Assembly (NCBI GenBank): GCA_017514685.1 | Contig: JAFWJN010000043.1 | Location: 35,167-99,166, forward strand | Direction of reading: 5' to 3' | DNA length: 64,000 nt | From: Clostridia bacterium | GTDB lineage: Bacteria; Bacillota; Clostridia; Christensenellales; CAG-138 | Shown: positions 52,010 through 62,900 of the stretch, one piece after another | Layout: each line of letters begins with the position of its first letter | How positions within the stretch are numbered: position 1 is the stretch's first letter | Notes under the pieces: generated by a model | Databases searched by the model: none | What the model was told of the DNA's origin: nothing | Seen by the model: the letters and a program-made list of their open reading frames with translations, nothing else | Translations under genes and position numbers: made by a program

Positions 52010-54319
52010 ATGAAACGAAGCAAATCCATTTCCATCCTGATCCTGTTCCTGTGTGCGGCGCTCCTGACCGGATGCGCATCACACCGGCTGTCGACACCTG
52101 CCCGTGCAGCTCATGTGGATGCCACACAGGGGTTTTCACCTGCCGCGAAAGAAAACAGCTGGACTCCGGTTTCAGAAACCGCAAGGCTGAAGTTATCCGT
52201 CGATCTGAAAACGGGAGAAGCGGCTGTCCTGGATAAACTGACCGGAGTGACCTGGACGACCAACCCGGAAAACAAATTTGAAGATACGATTGCAAGCGGG
52301 TACCACAAAAATGCATTGCTGTCCGTACTTACGGTCGTTTACCGTACCGTGCAGAGCGTTGAAATGACCGCGGGCAGTTATCTCAACAGCGCGCAGAAAG
52401 ACGGGCTATACTACCGGATCGAAAAAGACGGATCCGTGGTATTTCTGTTTGATTTTCCGAAGGAACAGTTTCGGATCCCGGTCCGATATTCTCTGAATGA
52501 AGATCATTTTGATGCAACAATTCTGACGGACGGTATTCTGGAATACGGCAGCAACACCATCAAGACGATTGATTTCCTTCCCTATTTCGGTGCCGGCGGC
52601 GCGGATGAAGATGGTTACATGCTGGTTCCGGATGGCTGCGGCGCTCTGATCTATTTCAATAACGAGCGGCTGACGGCAACGACGTATTCCCAGAGCTTGT
52701 ATGGCTTTGACAATGGAACAAACGATAAGACAATGGGCGGGTTTGCCCTGACCGGGTATTTTACCCGTTCGCAGAATGCGTATCTGCCTGTGTTCGGCAT
52801 ACACCGCGGAGAAAACGGATTCCTTGCCGTCATTTCAGAAGGAGCTGCCCGCGCGGCGGTCAATGCCAATATATCCGGAAAGTATTCAACATACAACGCC
52901 GCATGGACAACCTGTTCTTACCGGACGATCGGTACGGTACGGCAAACGCAGAAGGATGGATCGGAGCAGGTTGTATCTTTAGGAGAGAAAAATCTTGAAA
53001 ACTATCTGGACTACACGGTTTCCTATTATCCTCTTGAAACTGGAAAAGCAAACTACAGTGACATGGCAGCGCGCTATCGTAAGTACCTGGTTCAGAATCA
53101 GGGACTGGAAGCACGGACAAAAAACGGAAAAACCATTCCGCTGTACCTTGATGTTTACGGATATATAGAAAAGACCAAATCGGTACTGGGGATACCGGTC
53201 GATGTCAAGATTACGACAGCTTCCGTAAAAGACGTAGAGCAGATGATCGATATCCTCCATGAAAACGGACTGAACCGGATTGTGCTGAAATATAACTACT
53301 GGTCCAAGAACAGTTTTTACCGGAAACTTCCGACCGGTGCCCAGCCGGACGGAAAGGTCGGCTCGGCAAAGGAAATCCATGATCTGGAAACACGTCTGCA
53401 AGCGGACGAAGGAGAATTGTACCTTTCGGCAGACCTGATTAATGTTTATAGGTCCGGCAACGGTGTCAATCAATACAGAGATGCGCTTCAGTCTGTAGCC
53501 AACACAGTCCAGCGTCAATATGAATTCCGGCTTGATTCCGCAATGGTCGATTCGCGCTATGATCCCTGGTATCTCTTGCGGCTCAGTGCAATAGAACGTA
53601 TTTTCCTCCAGTATGCACAAAACCTGAGAGCCGAAGGATACCATGGGGCGGCGCTCGATACAATCGGTGAAAAACTTTATTCGGAGCTCGGCACGAACGG
53701 AACCGGCCGTAATCAGGCCAGAGAGATCATGACAAACGCGGTGCGCAGTGTGAAGGAGACCGGAAGCGGTGTCATGCTGACCGGTGCGAACGAATATGCT
53801 GCAAACTACGCAACGCATGTTCTGGTAACACCTGCCGGCTGCAGCGGATACGATCTTGAGGACGTTGCAGTTCCGTTCTGGCAGATGGTGTATCACGGCT
53901 GTCTGTCATATTCTCTGAGAGCGTCGAACCTCTCCAGCAACGCAGCATTGCTGACGCTGAACTGCGTTGAATACGGAGCGAATCCGATGTTTTCTCTGGT
54001 TTATGAAAATACCGACGAACTGATCGGATCACGATTCAATGCGATCTATTCAGCGGATTTTTCCAACTGGAAAGACTACATGATTGAACAGTATAGGCAG
54101 CTGAGCAATGTTCTTGCTCCGGTACAGACTGCATCGGTAAGCGAACACAGCATTCTCAGCAGCAGCGTACGGCGGATCTCCTATGACAACGGGGTTACGA
54201 TCTGGGTGAATTACGGCGCGCAGCCGTATCAGGGAGACGGTGTGACTGTTCCGGCATACGGCTACGTGGCACAGCAGAACGGACAGACTTATGCGAGCGC
54301 GCAGGCGGTCGGCGATTAA
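52010..54319 (+). CDS. Large lipoprotein, DUF5696-like
   Basis: GGGAGGGGA SD before the ATG at 52010. Lipobox LLTGC. Size and context (after Yip1, among CUT1 permeases) match what I recall for DUF5696 proteins. The family assignment is from memory only. Confidence 0.4.
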   Translation: MKRSKSISILILFLCAALLTGCASHRLSTPARAAHVDATQGFSPAAKENSWTPVSETARLKLSVDLKTGEAAVLDKLTGVTWTTNPENKFEDTIASGYHKNALLSVLTVVYRTVQSVEMTAGSYLNSAQKDGLYYRIEKDGSVVFLFDFPKEQFRIPVRYSLNEDHFDATILTDGILEYGSNTIKTIDFLPYFGAGGADEDGYMLVPDGCGALIYFNNERLTATTYSQSLYGFDNGTNDKTMGGFALTGYFTRSQNAYLPVFGIHRGENGFLAVISEGAARAAVNANISGKYSTYNAAWTTCSYRTIGTVRQTQKDGSEQVVSLGEKNLENYLDYTVSYYPLETGKANYSDMAARYRKYLVQNQGLEARTKNGKTIPLYLDVYGYIEKTKSVLGIPVDVKITTASVKDVEQMIDILHENGLNRIVLKYNYWSKNSFYRKLPTGAQPDGKVGSAKEIHDLETRLQADEGELYLSADLINVYRSGNGVNQYRDALQSVANTVQRQYEFRLDSAMVDSRYDPWYLLRLSAIERIFLQYAQNLRAEGYHGAALDTIGEKLYSELGTNGTGRNQAREIMTNAVRSVKETGSGVMLTGANEYAANYATHVLVTPAGCSGYDLEDVAVPFWQMVYHGCLSYSLRASNLSSNAALLTLNCVEYGANPMFSLVYENTDELIGSRFNAIYSADFSNWKDYMIEQYRQLSNVLAPVQTASVSEHSILSSSVRRISYDNGVTIWVNYGAQPYQGDGVTVPAYGYVAQQNGQTYASAQAVGD

Positions 54320-54330
54320 CGGAGGCGGAC

Positions 54331-55254
54331 ATGGCAAAACAAACCCGAAAAAAACAGTATTCGCTGACGAAAAAGCAGAACAGGGCAGGGTGGATGTTTG
54401 TCCTGCCGTTTGTGATCGGCTTTCTGATCTTCTTTGCCAAACCGATGGTCGAAAGCTTATGGTACACCTTTAACGATGTCACGATGGGCACCGGCGGTCT
54501 TGAAACCCGCTTTGTGGGACTTGACAATTTCCGGTTCCTGCTTTTGGAAGACAGCAGCTTTTTGCGGAATCTTTGGACGGTTACTGGAAACATGCTCGCC
54601 CAGGTTGCAATCTGCACCATTCTGAGCTTGTTCATCGCAATTGTTCTGGTGCAGAACTTCCGCGGAAGAACGATCTATCGTGCGATCTTCTTTCTTCCGA
54701 TCATCATGACCAGCGGCGTTGTGTATTCAATGGTCAGCTCGGTTGTCGGATCCTCCGGACTGTCAGGAACCGGCAATGCCTATATTTACTCCTCTACTTC
54801 CATGACGACACTGATGCAGCAGGGAGGACTGCCGACATCGTTTATCAATCTTCTGACACAGATCATCGATGCGATTTTCTCAATGGTTGTGAACTGTGGT
54901 GTTCCTATTCTGCTCTACATATCAGGGTTGCAGAAGATTCCGCAAAGTGCTTATGAGGCTGCCCGAATTGAAGGTGCAAGCACTTGGGATATCTTCTGGC
55001 GTATTACCATTCCCAAAATCTCTCCGATTATTTTCCTGAACATTGTCTATTGCGTAATCGATGCTTCCACGGCATACGGAAGTACCGCAGGCGGAAACGT
55101 CATGATGGCGGCAATCCAGCAGATGGGATTCGGTAAGACCATGAAGTTCGGGCTAAGCGCCGCAATGGCTTGGATGTACTTCCTCGTGATTGCTCTGTTC
55201 CTGGGAATCGCATGGCTGACGGTTGGCAGACGTGCTGCAAAGATCGAGAACTGA
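54331..55254 (+). CDS. Carbohydrate ABC transporter permease (second system, MalF-like)
   Basis: EAA loop EAARIEGASTWDIFWRITIPKISP. Confidence 0.85.
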   Translation: MAKQTRKKQYSLTKKQNRAGWMFVLPFVIGFLIFFAKPMVESLWYTFNDVTMGTGGLETRFVGLDNFRFLLLEDSSFLRNLWTVTGNMLAQVAICTILSLFIAIVLVQNFRGRTIYRAIFFLPIIMTSGVVYSMVSSVVGSSGLSGTGNAYIYSSTSMTTLMQQGGLPTSFINLLTQIIDAIFSMVVNCGVPILLYISGLQKIPQSAYEAARIEGASTWDIFWRITIPKISPIIFLNIVYCVIDASTAYGSTAGGNVMMAAIQQMGFGKTMKFGLSAAMAWMYFLVIALFLGIAWLTVGRRAAKIEN

Positions 55255-55270
55255 AGGGAGGTGAATCTGC

Positions 55271-56254
55271 ATGAAAAAGCGAATCAAACGGCAGGAAGTC
55301 AATCCGCTGGTTTTGAGAAGACGTATCATCGGCGTGGTCCTGGCAATTTTACGGCATGTGTTTTTGCTCGGACTGTGCTATGTGGTTCTTTATCCGGTTC
55401 TGTACATGGTTTCGAATGCGTTCAAACCGGTTTCCCAGTACTATGATCCGTCAGTCGTATGGATTCCCCGCAGCCTGACTTTCGATAACTTCTATATTGT
55501 CTTCCAGGTCATGGATGTGCTGAAAGTGTTCCTGAATACGCTGCTGATCGAGATTCTCCCTGCGTTTATCTCTACATTTATCGCAATGTTTGTCGGGTAT
55601 GGTCTTGCGAGATTCCGCTTCCGCGGAAGAGGAATTATCCTTGCATGCGTGATTTTAACGATCATTGTCCCGCCGCAGACCATCTCCACATCCCTGTATT
55701 CGAGTTACCGCTACTTCGATTTTCTCGGAATTCTGTCGCTGCTTCACCGGTTCTTCCCGTCGATAGGTCCGATTAACCTGATTGGAACTCCATGGGTGAC
55801 GATCCTTCCGGCAATCTTTGGAGTCGGATTGAAGAACGGCATTTTCATCTTCATCTTTATGCAGTACTTTACAGGTCTGCCGAAAGAACTGCAGGAAGCG
55901 GCAGCGATCGATGGCTGCGGTCCGCTTCATACTTTTTTGAAAATCATTCTGCCGACGGCAAAAAATATCATTATCGCGGTGCTCCTGCTCGCTGTGGTGT
56001 GGAACTGGAATGATTATTATACGCCTGCCATGTATATCCGGACGACCGATACAATGGCAACGGCGATGGCTTCCTTCCAGGCAAATCTGGAAAATCTGCA
56101 CAACATGGGGACCGGCCTTGGAAATATCCAGACCGCAAATACGCAGATTCAGGCAGCAGCGCTGATCGCGATCCTGCCTCTGGTCATATTGTATGTATTC
56201 TTACAGAAGCGTTTCTCGGAGGGCATCGAGGACTCCGGGCTGACTGGTATCTAA
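55271..56254 (+). CDS. Carbohydrate ABC transporter permease (second system, MalG-like)
   Basis: EAA loop EAAAIDGCGPLHTFLKIILPTAKN. Confidence 0.85.
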   Translation: MKKRIKRQEVNPLVLRRRIIGVVLAILRHVFLLGLCYVVLYPVLYMVSNAFKPVSQYYDPSVVWIPRSLTFDNFYIVFQVMDVLKVFLNTLLIEILPAFISTFIAMFVGYGLARFRFRGRGIILACVILTIIVPPQTISTSLYSSYRYFDFLGILSLLHRFFPSIGPINLIGTPWVTILPAIFGVGLKNGIFIFIFMQYFTGLPKELQEAAAIDGCGPLHTFLKIILPTAKNIIIAVLLLAVVWNWNDYYTPAMYIRTTDTMATAMASFQANLENLHNMGTGLGNIQTANTQIQAAALIAILPLVILYVFLQKRFSEGIEDSGLTGI

Positions 56255-56279
56255 AATCAAATTGAAGGAGAGAACGATT

Positions 56280-57710
56280 ATGAAACAATCCATAACCAAA
56301 TGCATTTCCATGGCCTTGGTGCTGCTGATGAGTTTTGCACTGTTTGCAGCATGTACCAGTGAACTCAGCGGACCGACGAATTCCGGTACGGCACCGGTAA
56401 ATCCGGTAACCGGCGCATCGGATCCGACAGGCGGCGAACCTGCTCCGGTCACAGAGTCGACCGAACCGCAGAACGGCGAAGTTGCTACGGAAATCGTTAC
56501 CGGCGGAGGAGCGAAAGCAGGTTTCCTTGATCAGGTAGAGGGACTTCCCGATAAACTGGAGGATCCGAACATCAAAATCGTTTACTGGTATAATCCGAAA
56601 CAGTACGCTGTCGATATCCGTAAGCAGGCAGATGTTTATGACCCGATCCTTGAGGCGATTCCTTACTTTGAAGAAAAATACGGCGGCAAAGTTACGGTGA
56701 TCTATTCCGCATGGGGAGATATGCTGGAAACCGTTACTTCCCTGCAGAACGCGGGTGACGCGCCGGACCTGTTCGAAATCTATGATGAGACGCTTTACAG
56801 CGTGATTCTTTCCGGTGTTGCCCAGAATCTCGACAACTACACAAGCGATCTCGATTTCAACTACTATAAGATCAATAAGGAGACTTTCCAGTGGAAAGGC
56901 AGTTATTATGCGATTCCTCTGAAACCTTATGCGTTCTACATTATGTATAACAAGGATCTGTTCGAACTGGAAGGACTGGACGATCCTGCCACGATGTACC
57001 GGGAAGGCAAGTGGAACTGGTCTACGTTCCGCGATGTCTGCAAGCGGCTGACAAAAACCACGGATGGTGAGCTTTCTCAGGTTGCTTACGGTTCATGGGA
57101 AGACACGATCCTTTCGTTCATGTACGCGAACGGCGGATCCCTGCTCAATATTGATACCAAAACCGGAGAAGTCACATCCAATCTTGGCGCCGTCAAAACA
57201 CAGAACACGATCAATTATCTGATCGAACTCAAAGATTGCTTCATTTACGGAAATGATATGTGGGGCTGGTTCGACAACGGTGCAATGGCAATGATCCGCG
57301 GTCATGAGTATCCGGTCGACTTCCCGTTTGATACGGGCATGGTTCCGTTCCCGACCGGTGATGACTACCAAGGCAAGAACCTTGTCGTCTATCCGCAGGG
57401 CATGGCAGTTCCCAGCGGTGCAAAGAATCCGGAAGGCGCAGTCGCGTTCATGCGTGTCGTCAATGAACTGCAGCAGGAAGTCGGCAACCAGAAAGAAGCG
57501 AACCGCATCGGTCAGGAAAATTATGACATGATCTACGCGGATGATGTCAACCTCGTTTATCAGTACGACAAAGGCCTGAATGATATCGGAACAGTCATTG
57601 CAACTATCGTCAATTACATTAACGAAGGCGTTCCGGCGGCAACGATCAATGCGAACCTTGAGTCGCAGATTCAGGCTGAGATCAACCTGATGTACAACGA
57701 TCGTCAATAA
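56280..57710 (+). CDS. Carbohydrate ABC transporter substrate-binding lipoprotein (second system)
   Basis: GAAGGAGAG SD before the ATG at 56280. Lipobox LFAAC, a Pro/Thr/Gly linker, and the CUT1 SBP pattern. Confidence 0.75.
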   Translation: MKQSITKCISMALVLLMSFALFAACTSELSGPTNSGTAPVNPVTGASDPTGGEPAPVTESTEPQNGEVATEIVTGGGAKAGFLDQVEGLPDKLEDPNIKIVYWYNPKQYAVDIRKQADVYDPILEAIPYFEEKYGGKVTVIYSAWGDMLETVTSLQNAGDAPDLFEIYDETLYSVILSGVAQNLDNYTSDLDFNYYKINKETFQWKGSYYAIPLKPYAFYIMYNKDLFELEGLDDPATMYREGKWNWSTFRDVCKRLTKTTDGELSQVAYGSWEDTILSFMYANGGSLLNIDTKTGEVTSNLGAVKTQNTINYLIELKDCFIYGNDMWGWFDNGAMAMIRGHEYPVDFPFDTGMVPFPTGDDYQGKNLVVYPQGMAVPSGAKNPEGAVAFMRVVNELQQEVGNQKEANRIGQENYDMIYADDVNLVYQYDKGLNDIGTVIATIVNYINEGVPAATINANLESQIQAEINLMYNDRQ

Positions 57711-57721
57711 GAGGCAGTTCC

Positions 57722-59896
57722 GTGGAAAGAGGAATTTATTTTGACGGGTGGTACCATGATAATCATTGCTACCACCCGAGTCTTCCGTACCGTTCCATGC
57801 AGATGGTCGAGGATCTCGAACGTTACCGTGCTACGATTCTGGTCTGGTCGGTAATGGGAGGGGGCTCGATCTCTCTGCCGTATCTGGAAAATGAAGCGTT
57901 CGGTGAACTGGATCCTCGGATGAGGTTTTACGGGTTCATGAACGATTCCGAGTTTATCGCGGAATGCAACAAGCGCGGGATCCGTACCATGGGCATCGTG
58001 TTTGAAGTTCAGGGCTGGGAGTTTCCGGTCGAGATATCCGAAGACGGAAAGCACATGAAAGCATTCAATGTGATGCGAAACGGGCCGTCTGACCGGGCGG
58101 ACGCTTATTATGGACTGAATGAATTTTCATCCGGTAAATACGACGGTCTGTTCCGCACTTCCTTAAAGGATTATTATCCGGAGGGAATCATCAACAGCGA
58201 CGGTCAGAAAGTGACGGAACTCCAGGAGGAGGTCGCTGCACGGACCTTCCGTGGGGACCCTGTCCATGCCGGATGGGTAGAGGTAAAGGATCATTCCAGA
58301 ACCTGCTATCAGACCTGCCGCAATAATCCTGTCTGGCGGGATTATCTGAAAAAAATCATGGAATTGCAGATCGATGCGGGCGTATACGGCATTCAGCTGG
58401 ACGAAGCGGAGCTTCCGATCACTTCCATGGGCGCGGGAGGCTGCTTCTGCAAGGACTGCGTCAAACAGTTCCGGACCTATCTGAAAGGAAAAGAGGCGGA
58501 CGGAACACTGCCGGAGGGCTACAGACAGTTTGATCTTGACACATTCGATATCGGGCAATATCTCCGGGACTGCAAGGTGAATCACCCGACGGAATCATGG
58601 ACATACCGTGATGTCTATGAGTTTCAGATGCGCGCTGTGAAAAAGCATTTCACCGAACTGGTCGATCACGCGCGCGCTTATGCGAAGGAAAAATACGGGC
58701 GTGACATCTGGATGAGCGGTAATTTCTTTACCTGCATGCCGGTTTATTATCCGTTTGAGAATACTGTGGACTGCGTGATCACCGAGATGGATCATACCCT
58801 GTTCCGCCAGCCACATTGGTACCGCTATATTTCCGGTTTTTCCGGAAGCAAGCCGGTCATTGTCGCCGAGAATCCGTACGGGGGCATCATCCCGCAGCTC
58901 CTCGAAGAACTGAACAATGGCCGCGGATACGATCTTTATCGGCTGCTGCTTCTGGAGGCGGCAGTATATGGCTGCAATATGAGTGTTCCCTACGGAGGAT
59001 GGATGGGGAACACGATCAAAACAGGTTTCTGGCCTCCGCGTGATGTGACGGAGCAGGTCCAGTCATTCTTAGCGGATCATGATGCGCTGTTTTCCAAAGA
59101 CAGCGGAGCAAAGATCATGGTTGTCTATTCTTTCCCGAGCAATTACTGGCGGGAAGTCACCAAAAAAGGCGGCGACCAGTTCACTGACGTGGATTCGATT
59201 CTGTTCTACCGTTCCGTCGAGGAGCAGAGCGAACATGCGTCCAGACTCCCGTTCTGGGAAGTCATTCAGAGACTGTCCGAGGAGCAGGCGCTGTACGACG
59301 TTCGTATGTTCGGTGATGATGAACTGCGCCCGGACCGGGTGAGCGCGGATGACTGGAAACAGTACGGCTTGATTGTTCTCCCGGAATGCATGGTCCTCAC
59401 CGCAAACCAGCAGGAAGAACTCCTGCGGTTTGCCGAAAACGGGGGCAAAGTACTGCTGTTCGGAAAGAATGCGGAAGAGGATCCTGCATGGATGGAGGAA
59501 ATGACAGCGCTGAAAACGGTCACAGCTGTCAGGAACCCGGATTCGCGCAAGGAAGCGGTCAAACTCTTCACGGAAGCATTCCGGAAAGCAACGGAAGGAG
59601 AACAGCAGCTGGTAATCGAGACCGGGATTCCGGAAGACAAGGCTTATATCGGTGCGCATACACATGCCGGGCCGGTCAAAAGTCTGCAACTGTTAAACTA
59701 TCGATACGATGCGGAAACAGACCGCGTGATGCCGATTGAAGACGTTACCGCAGTCCTTCGGAACGCTTCCATCAAAGGAGCGAAGGCAATTGACTTGAAC
59801 GGTGAACCGGTCCCGATGGATGTCAGCATTCAAAGCGGCATGGTGACGCTAAGGATTCCGTCGCTTCCGCTGTATACGGCAATAGAACTATACTGA
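57722..59896 (+). CDS. Cytoplasmic 724-aa protein, putative glycoside hydrolase-like TIM-barrel enzyme (family not recognised)
   Basis: No signal peptide. NNPVWRDYLKKIMELQIDAGVYGIQLDEAELP resembles the catalytic-barrel segments of GH enzymes. The context is a glycan locus. Confidence 0.35.
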   Translation: MERGIYFDGWYHDNHCYHPSLPYRSMQMVEDLERYRATILVWSVMGGGSISLPYLENEAFGELDPRMRFYGFMNDSEFIAECNKRGIRTMGIVFEVQGWEFPVEISEDGKHMKAFNVMRNGPSDRADAYYGLNEFSSGKYDGLFRTSLKDYYPEGIINSDGQKVTELQEEVAARTFRGDPVHAGWVEVKDHSRTCYQTCRNNPVWRDYLKKIMELQIDAGVYGIQLDEAELPITSMGAGGCFCKDCVKQFRTYLKGKEADGTLPEGYRQFDLDTFDIGQYLRDCKVNHPTESWTYRDVYEFQMRAVKKHFTELVDHARAYAKEKYGRDIWMSGNFFTCMPVYYPFENTVDCVITEMDHTLFRQPHWYRYISGFSGSKPVIVAENPYGGIIPQLLEELNNGRGYDLYRLLLLEAAVYGCNMSVPYGGWMGNTIKTGFWPPRDVTEQVQSFLADHDALFSKDSGAKIMVVYSFPSNYWREVTKKGGDQFTDVDSILFYRSVEEQSEHASRLPFWEVIQRLSEEQALYDVRMFGDDELRPDRVSADDWKQYGLIVLPECMVLTANQQEELLRFAENGGKVLLFGKNAEEDPAWMEEMTALKTVTAVRNPDSRKEAVKLFTEAFRKATEGEQQLVIETGIPEDKAYIGAHTHAGPVKSLQLLNYRYDAETDRVMPIEDVTAVLRNASIKGAKAIDLNGEPVPMDVSIQSGMVTLRIPSLPLYTAIELY

Positions 59897-59914
59897 AGAA
59901 AAGGATTATAACGT

Positions 59915-62900
59915 ATGGAAGAAAACATTCTTGTAACCGGAGAACCACTTAGCAGGGAAAAATTCAAGAATCCAAGTGTCGAGTTCGGAATTATGCCGTT
60001 CTGGTTCTGGAACGGGGAAATGTCCTATGATGAGATCGCCTATCAGATCAGGGAATACAAGGCAAAGGGCTGTCCGGGCTTTTATATCCATGCGCGATTC
60101 GGTGTACGCGAAGAATTGGGTTATATGAATGAGGACTGGCTTGACCGGGTGAAGTTTACAATTGAAACGGCACAGGCGGAGGGACTCCAGATCTGGATCT
60201 ATGACGAGTATAACTGGCCGAGCGGAACCTGCGGACAGACCTTGATGAAAGATCATCCGGAGATGACGAACGTATACCTGGAGCTGGTAGATGGAAACCT
60301 CCCGGGGCAGTTCTTCACGTTTATGGAAGGAACCGATTCCAGATATAACGATCTGGAGCAGTCCGAACCGGTGTATGCCTGCGCAATCAAGCTTGCCGAT
60401 CTCGAATCGGGCAACTATGAGATCGTAGATCTGATGCCATCGCTGTCATTTGACAAGGTCATCACATGGGAAGCACCGAAAGGTCCGTGGAAACTGTTCT
60501 ATTTTATCGAACGGAAGAGCACCTGGTACGCAGATGTGCTGAATCCCGAAACGACCAAGAAATTCATTGAATATACCCATGAGCGCTACAAAGCGTATCT
60601 GGACGGCGATTTTGCCAAGCAGGTCAAGGGCTTTTTCACCGATGAGCCTGCGATGCACTATTTTGAGACCGGACGTGACAACTTCATCATTCCGTGGACG
60701 CATGGCATGTTCAAGATCTTCCGGGAACATAACGGCTATGACCTGAAAAAGAATCTGCCGAAACTCTTCTTCGACTGCGGGGGAGATACCGAACAGGTGC
60801 GTTATGATTTCTGGAGCACGCTGACCGATCAGTATGAGAAATCTTATTTTGCACAGATTGAACAATGGTGTACGGATCACGATGTGATCTCGACCGGACA
60901 TTTGCTGTACGAAGAATCGCTTCGTATGCATTCGCGCGTTGACGGCAATCTGTTCAAGCATCTGCAGCATTTTCACATGACGGGCGTGGATCATCTGTAT
61001 CCTCGTATCGGTACGAGGGAGATGGAAAATGAACATGTAGCGCTGAAGATCGCGTCGAGCGCGGCGCATCAGAACGGAAGCGCGCGTCTTGTCTGCGAAT
61101 CGATGGGCGGTTCTTACTGGGACTGCACGATGGAACGCATGAAATGGATCGGCGACTGGGAATATGTCCTTGGAGTCAATCAGTTTATCCCCCACGGTTT
61201 CCACTATACGATCGAAGGCGAGCGCAAACGCGACTGGCCGCCTTCCATGTTCTGCCAGTTTACCTGGTGGGAGCAGTATAAACAGTTCAATGATTACATG
61301 ACCCGTCTCGGATATACTCTGTCCGGAGGAGATCATGTCGCGAAAGTAGCAGTCCTCTATCCGATGAACTCAATCTGGGCGAACTATATGCCCAACGCAA
61401 GAACCAAGATCTCCGAATGCATCGAGCGGGAATTCAACTATATGGCGGACCGCATGCTCAGACTGCACATTGACTATGACTACATTGATGAGGATGTCCT
61501 GAATACGCGAACCGAGATCAAAGACGGAAAGCTTTGTATCCAGGGCGAGCGTTATGAAATGCTGCTGCTTCCGCCGTGCACCCATATCAAGGCGGATACG
61601 CTCAGCACAATGGAGGCATTCGTCAAAGCGGGCGGAAAACTCGGAGGAAATGCACTTCTTCCGTATCGCTGCATCGAAGGCGAAGCGGATCATTTCGAGG
61701 ATCGCATTGAAGCTTTATTCGGAGTCAATCCGACGACTGTGCGCAAGCAGTTCCTTTCCGGCAGCAATCGCGAACAGACGATGACGGAACGTGATGTTTC
61801 CAACGGAAAGGTTGTTTTCGTTTCGGGAGAAGGGTTTAAATACAATCCGGACGAAAAAGAAGGACTTGCACTGCTTAACCGGATGCTTCGCACATGCGTC
61901 ACGCCGGAAGTGGAAATTGACAGTGAGGAGGTTTTCTGCCTCCATCGCGTTAAGGACGGGAAGGATCTGTTCTTCATGATCAATCCGGTCAATGAATCCG
62001 CTGATGTGACGATACGGTTCCTCGGAGAACACACTCCGGAGATCTGGGACCTTGAAACTGGCAATATTCAAAAGGCACAGGTATACGCGATCGAAAACGG
62101 ATACACTTGCCTGCCGATGCACTTTGAACCTTTCGGTTCTGCGATGTTCTCATTCGCGGATTCGATGGACACAGCATTTATCTGCGCGTCCGATCTTGCA
62201 ATCGAATCATTCGAACGGGATGCCAAAGCCGCATACGGCTTTGCACGCCTGTCAACGGATGGAGCGGTGACCCTGAATGAAAACGGGAAGAAGACGACTT
62301 GCATCGTAAAGGCAAAGAACCCGGCGGAAACCATACCGCTCTGCGGACCGTTCTCGTTCCGAACGGATAAACCGAACAGTATCAATACCGACGCATGGAA
62401 AATGACCTATGCGACAGATGAGGATGATGTGAAAACAATAACCTCCGGTCAGGCAGATATGGAAAACTGGCTGGATATGCGGATGGGCGCATGGGAGATG
62501 CAGCTTCCTGTCGAACGCGACGAAGAAACCTACCCGGTCACACTATGGTATGTCACGAAAATCTGTGCGGAATACGTACCGGACGATCTGAAACTGATGA
62601 TCGACGGATTCAAGGGAAGATGCTATACACTGTATGTAAACGGCAGGGAAGTGACGGAAACGCCGGTCCGCAGTTATCTTGACGCGGAGATCCGCACGGT
62701 TCCGATGAAAGATTATTTTACAGCAGGAGAAAACACGGTTGCAGTTCGTCTCACCGTGACCAAGAAGAGCGACGGTATGACGGACCTTCTGAAAGTGATC
62801 GGAAGCTTTTCCATCGAAGAGCATAACGGCGTGGAGACAATCGTTCCGCCCAGGGCAGAGCTGCCGCTCGGTGACTGGAACGCGTTCGGCTATCCGTATT

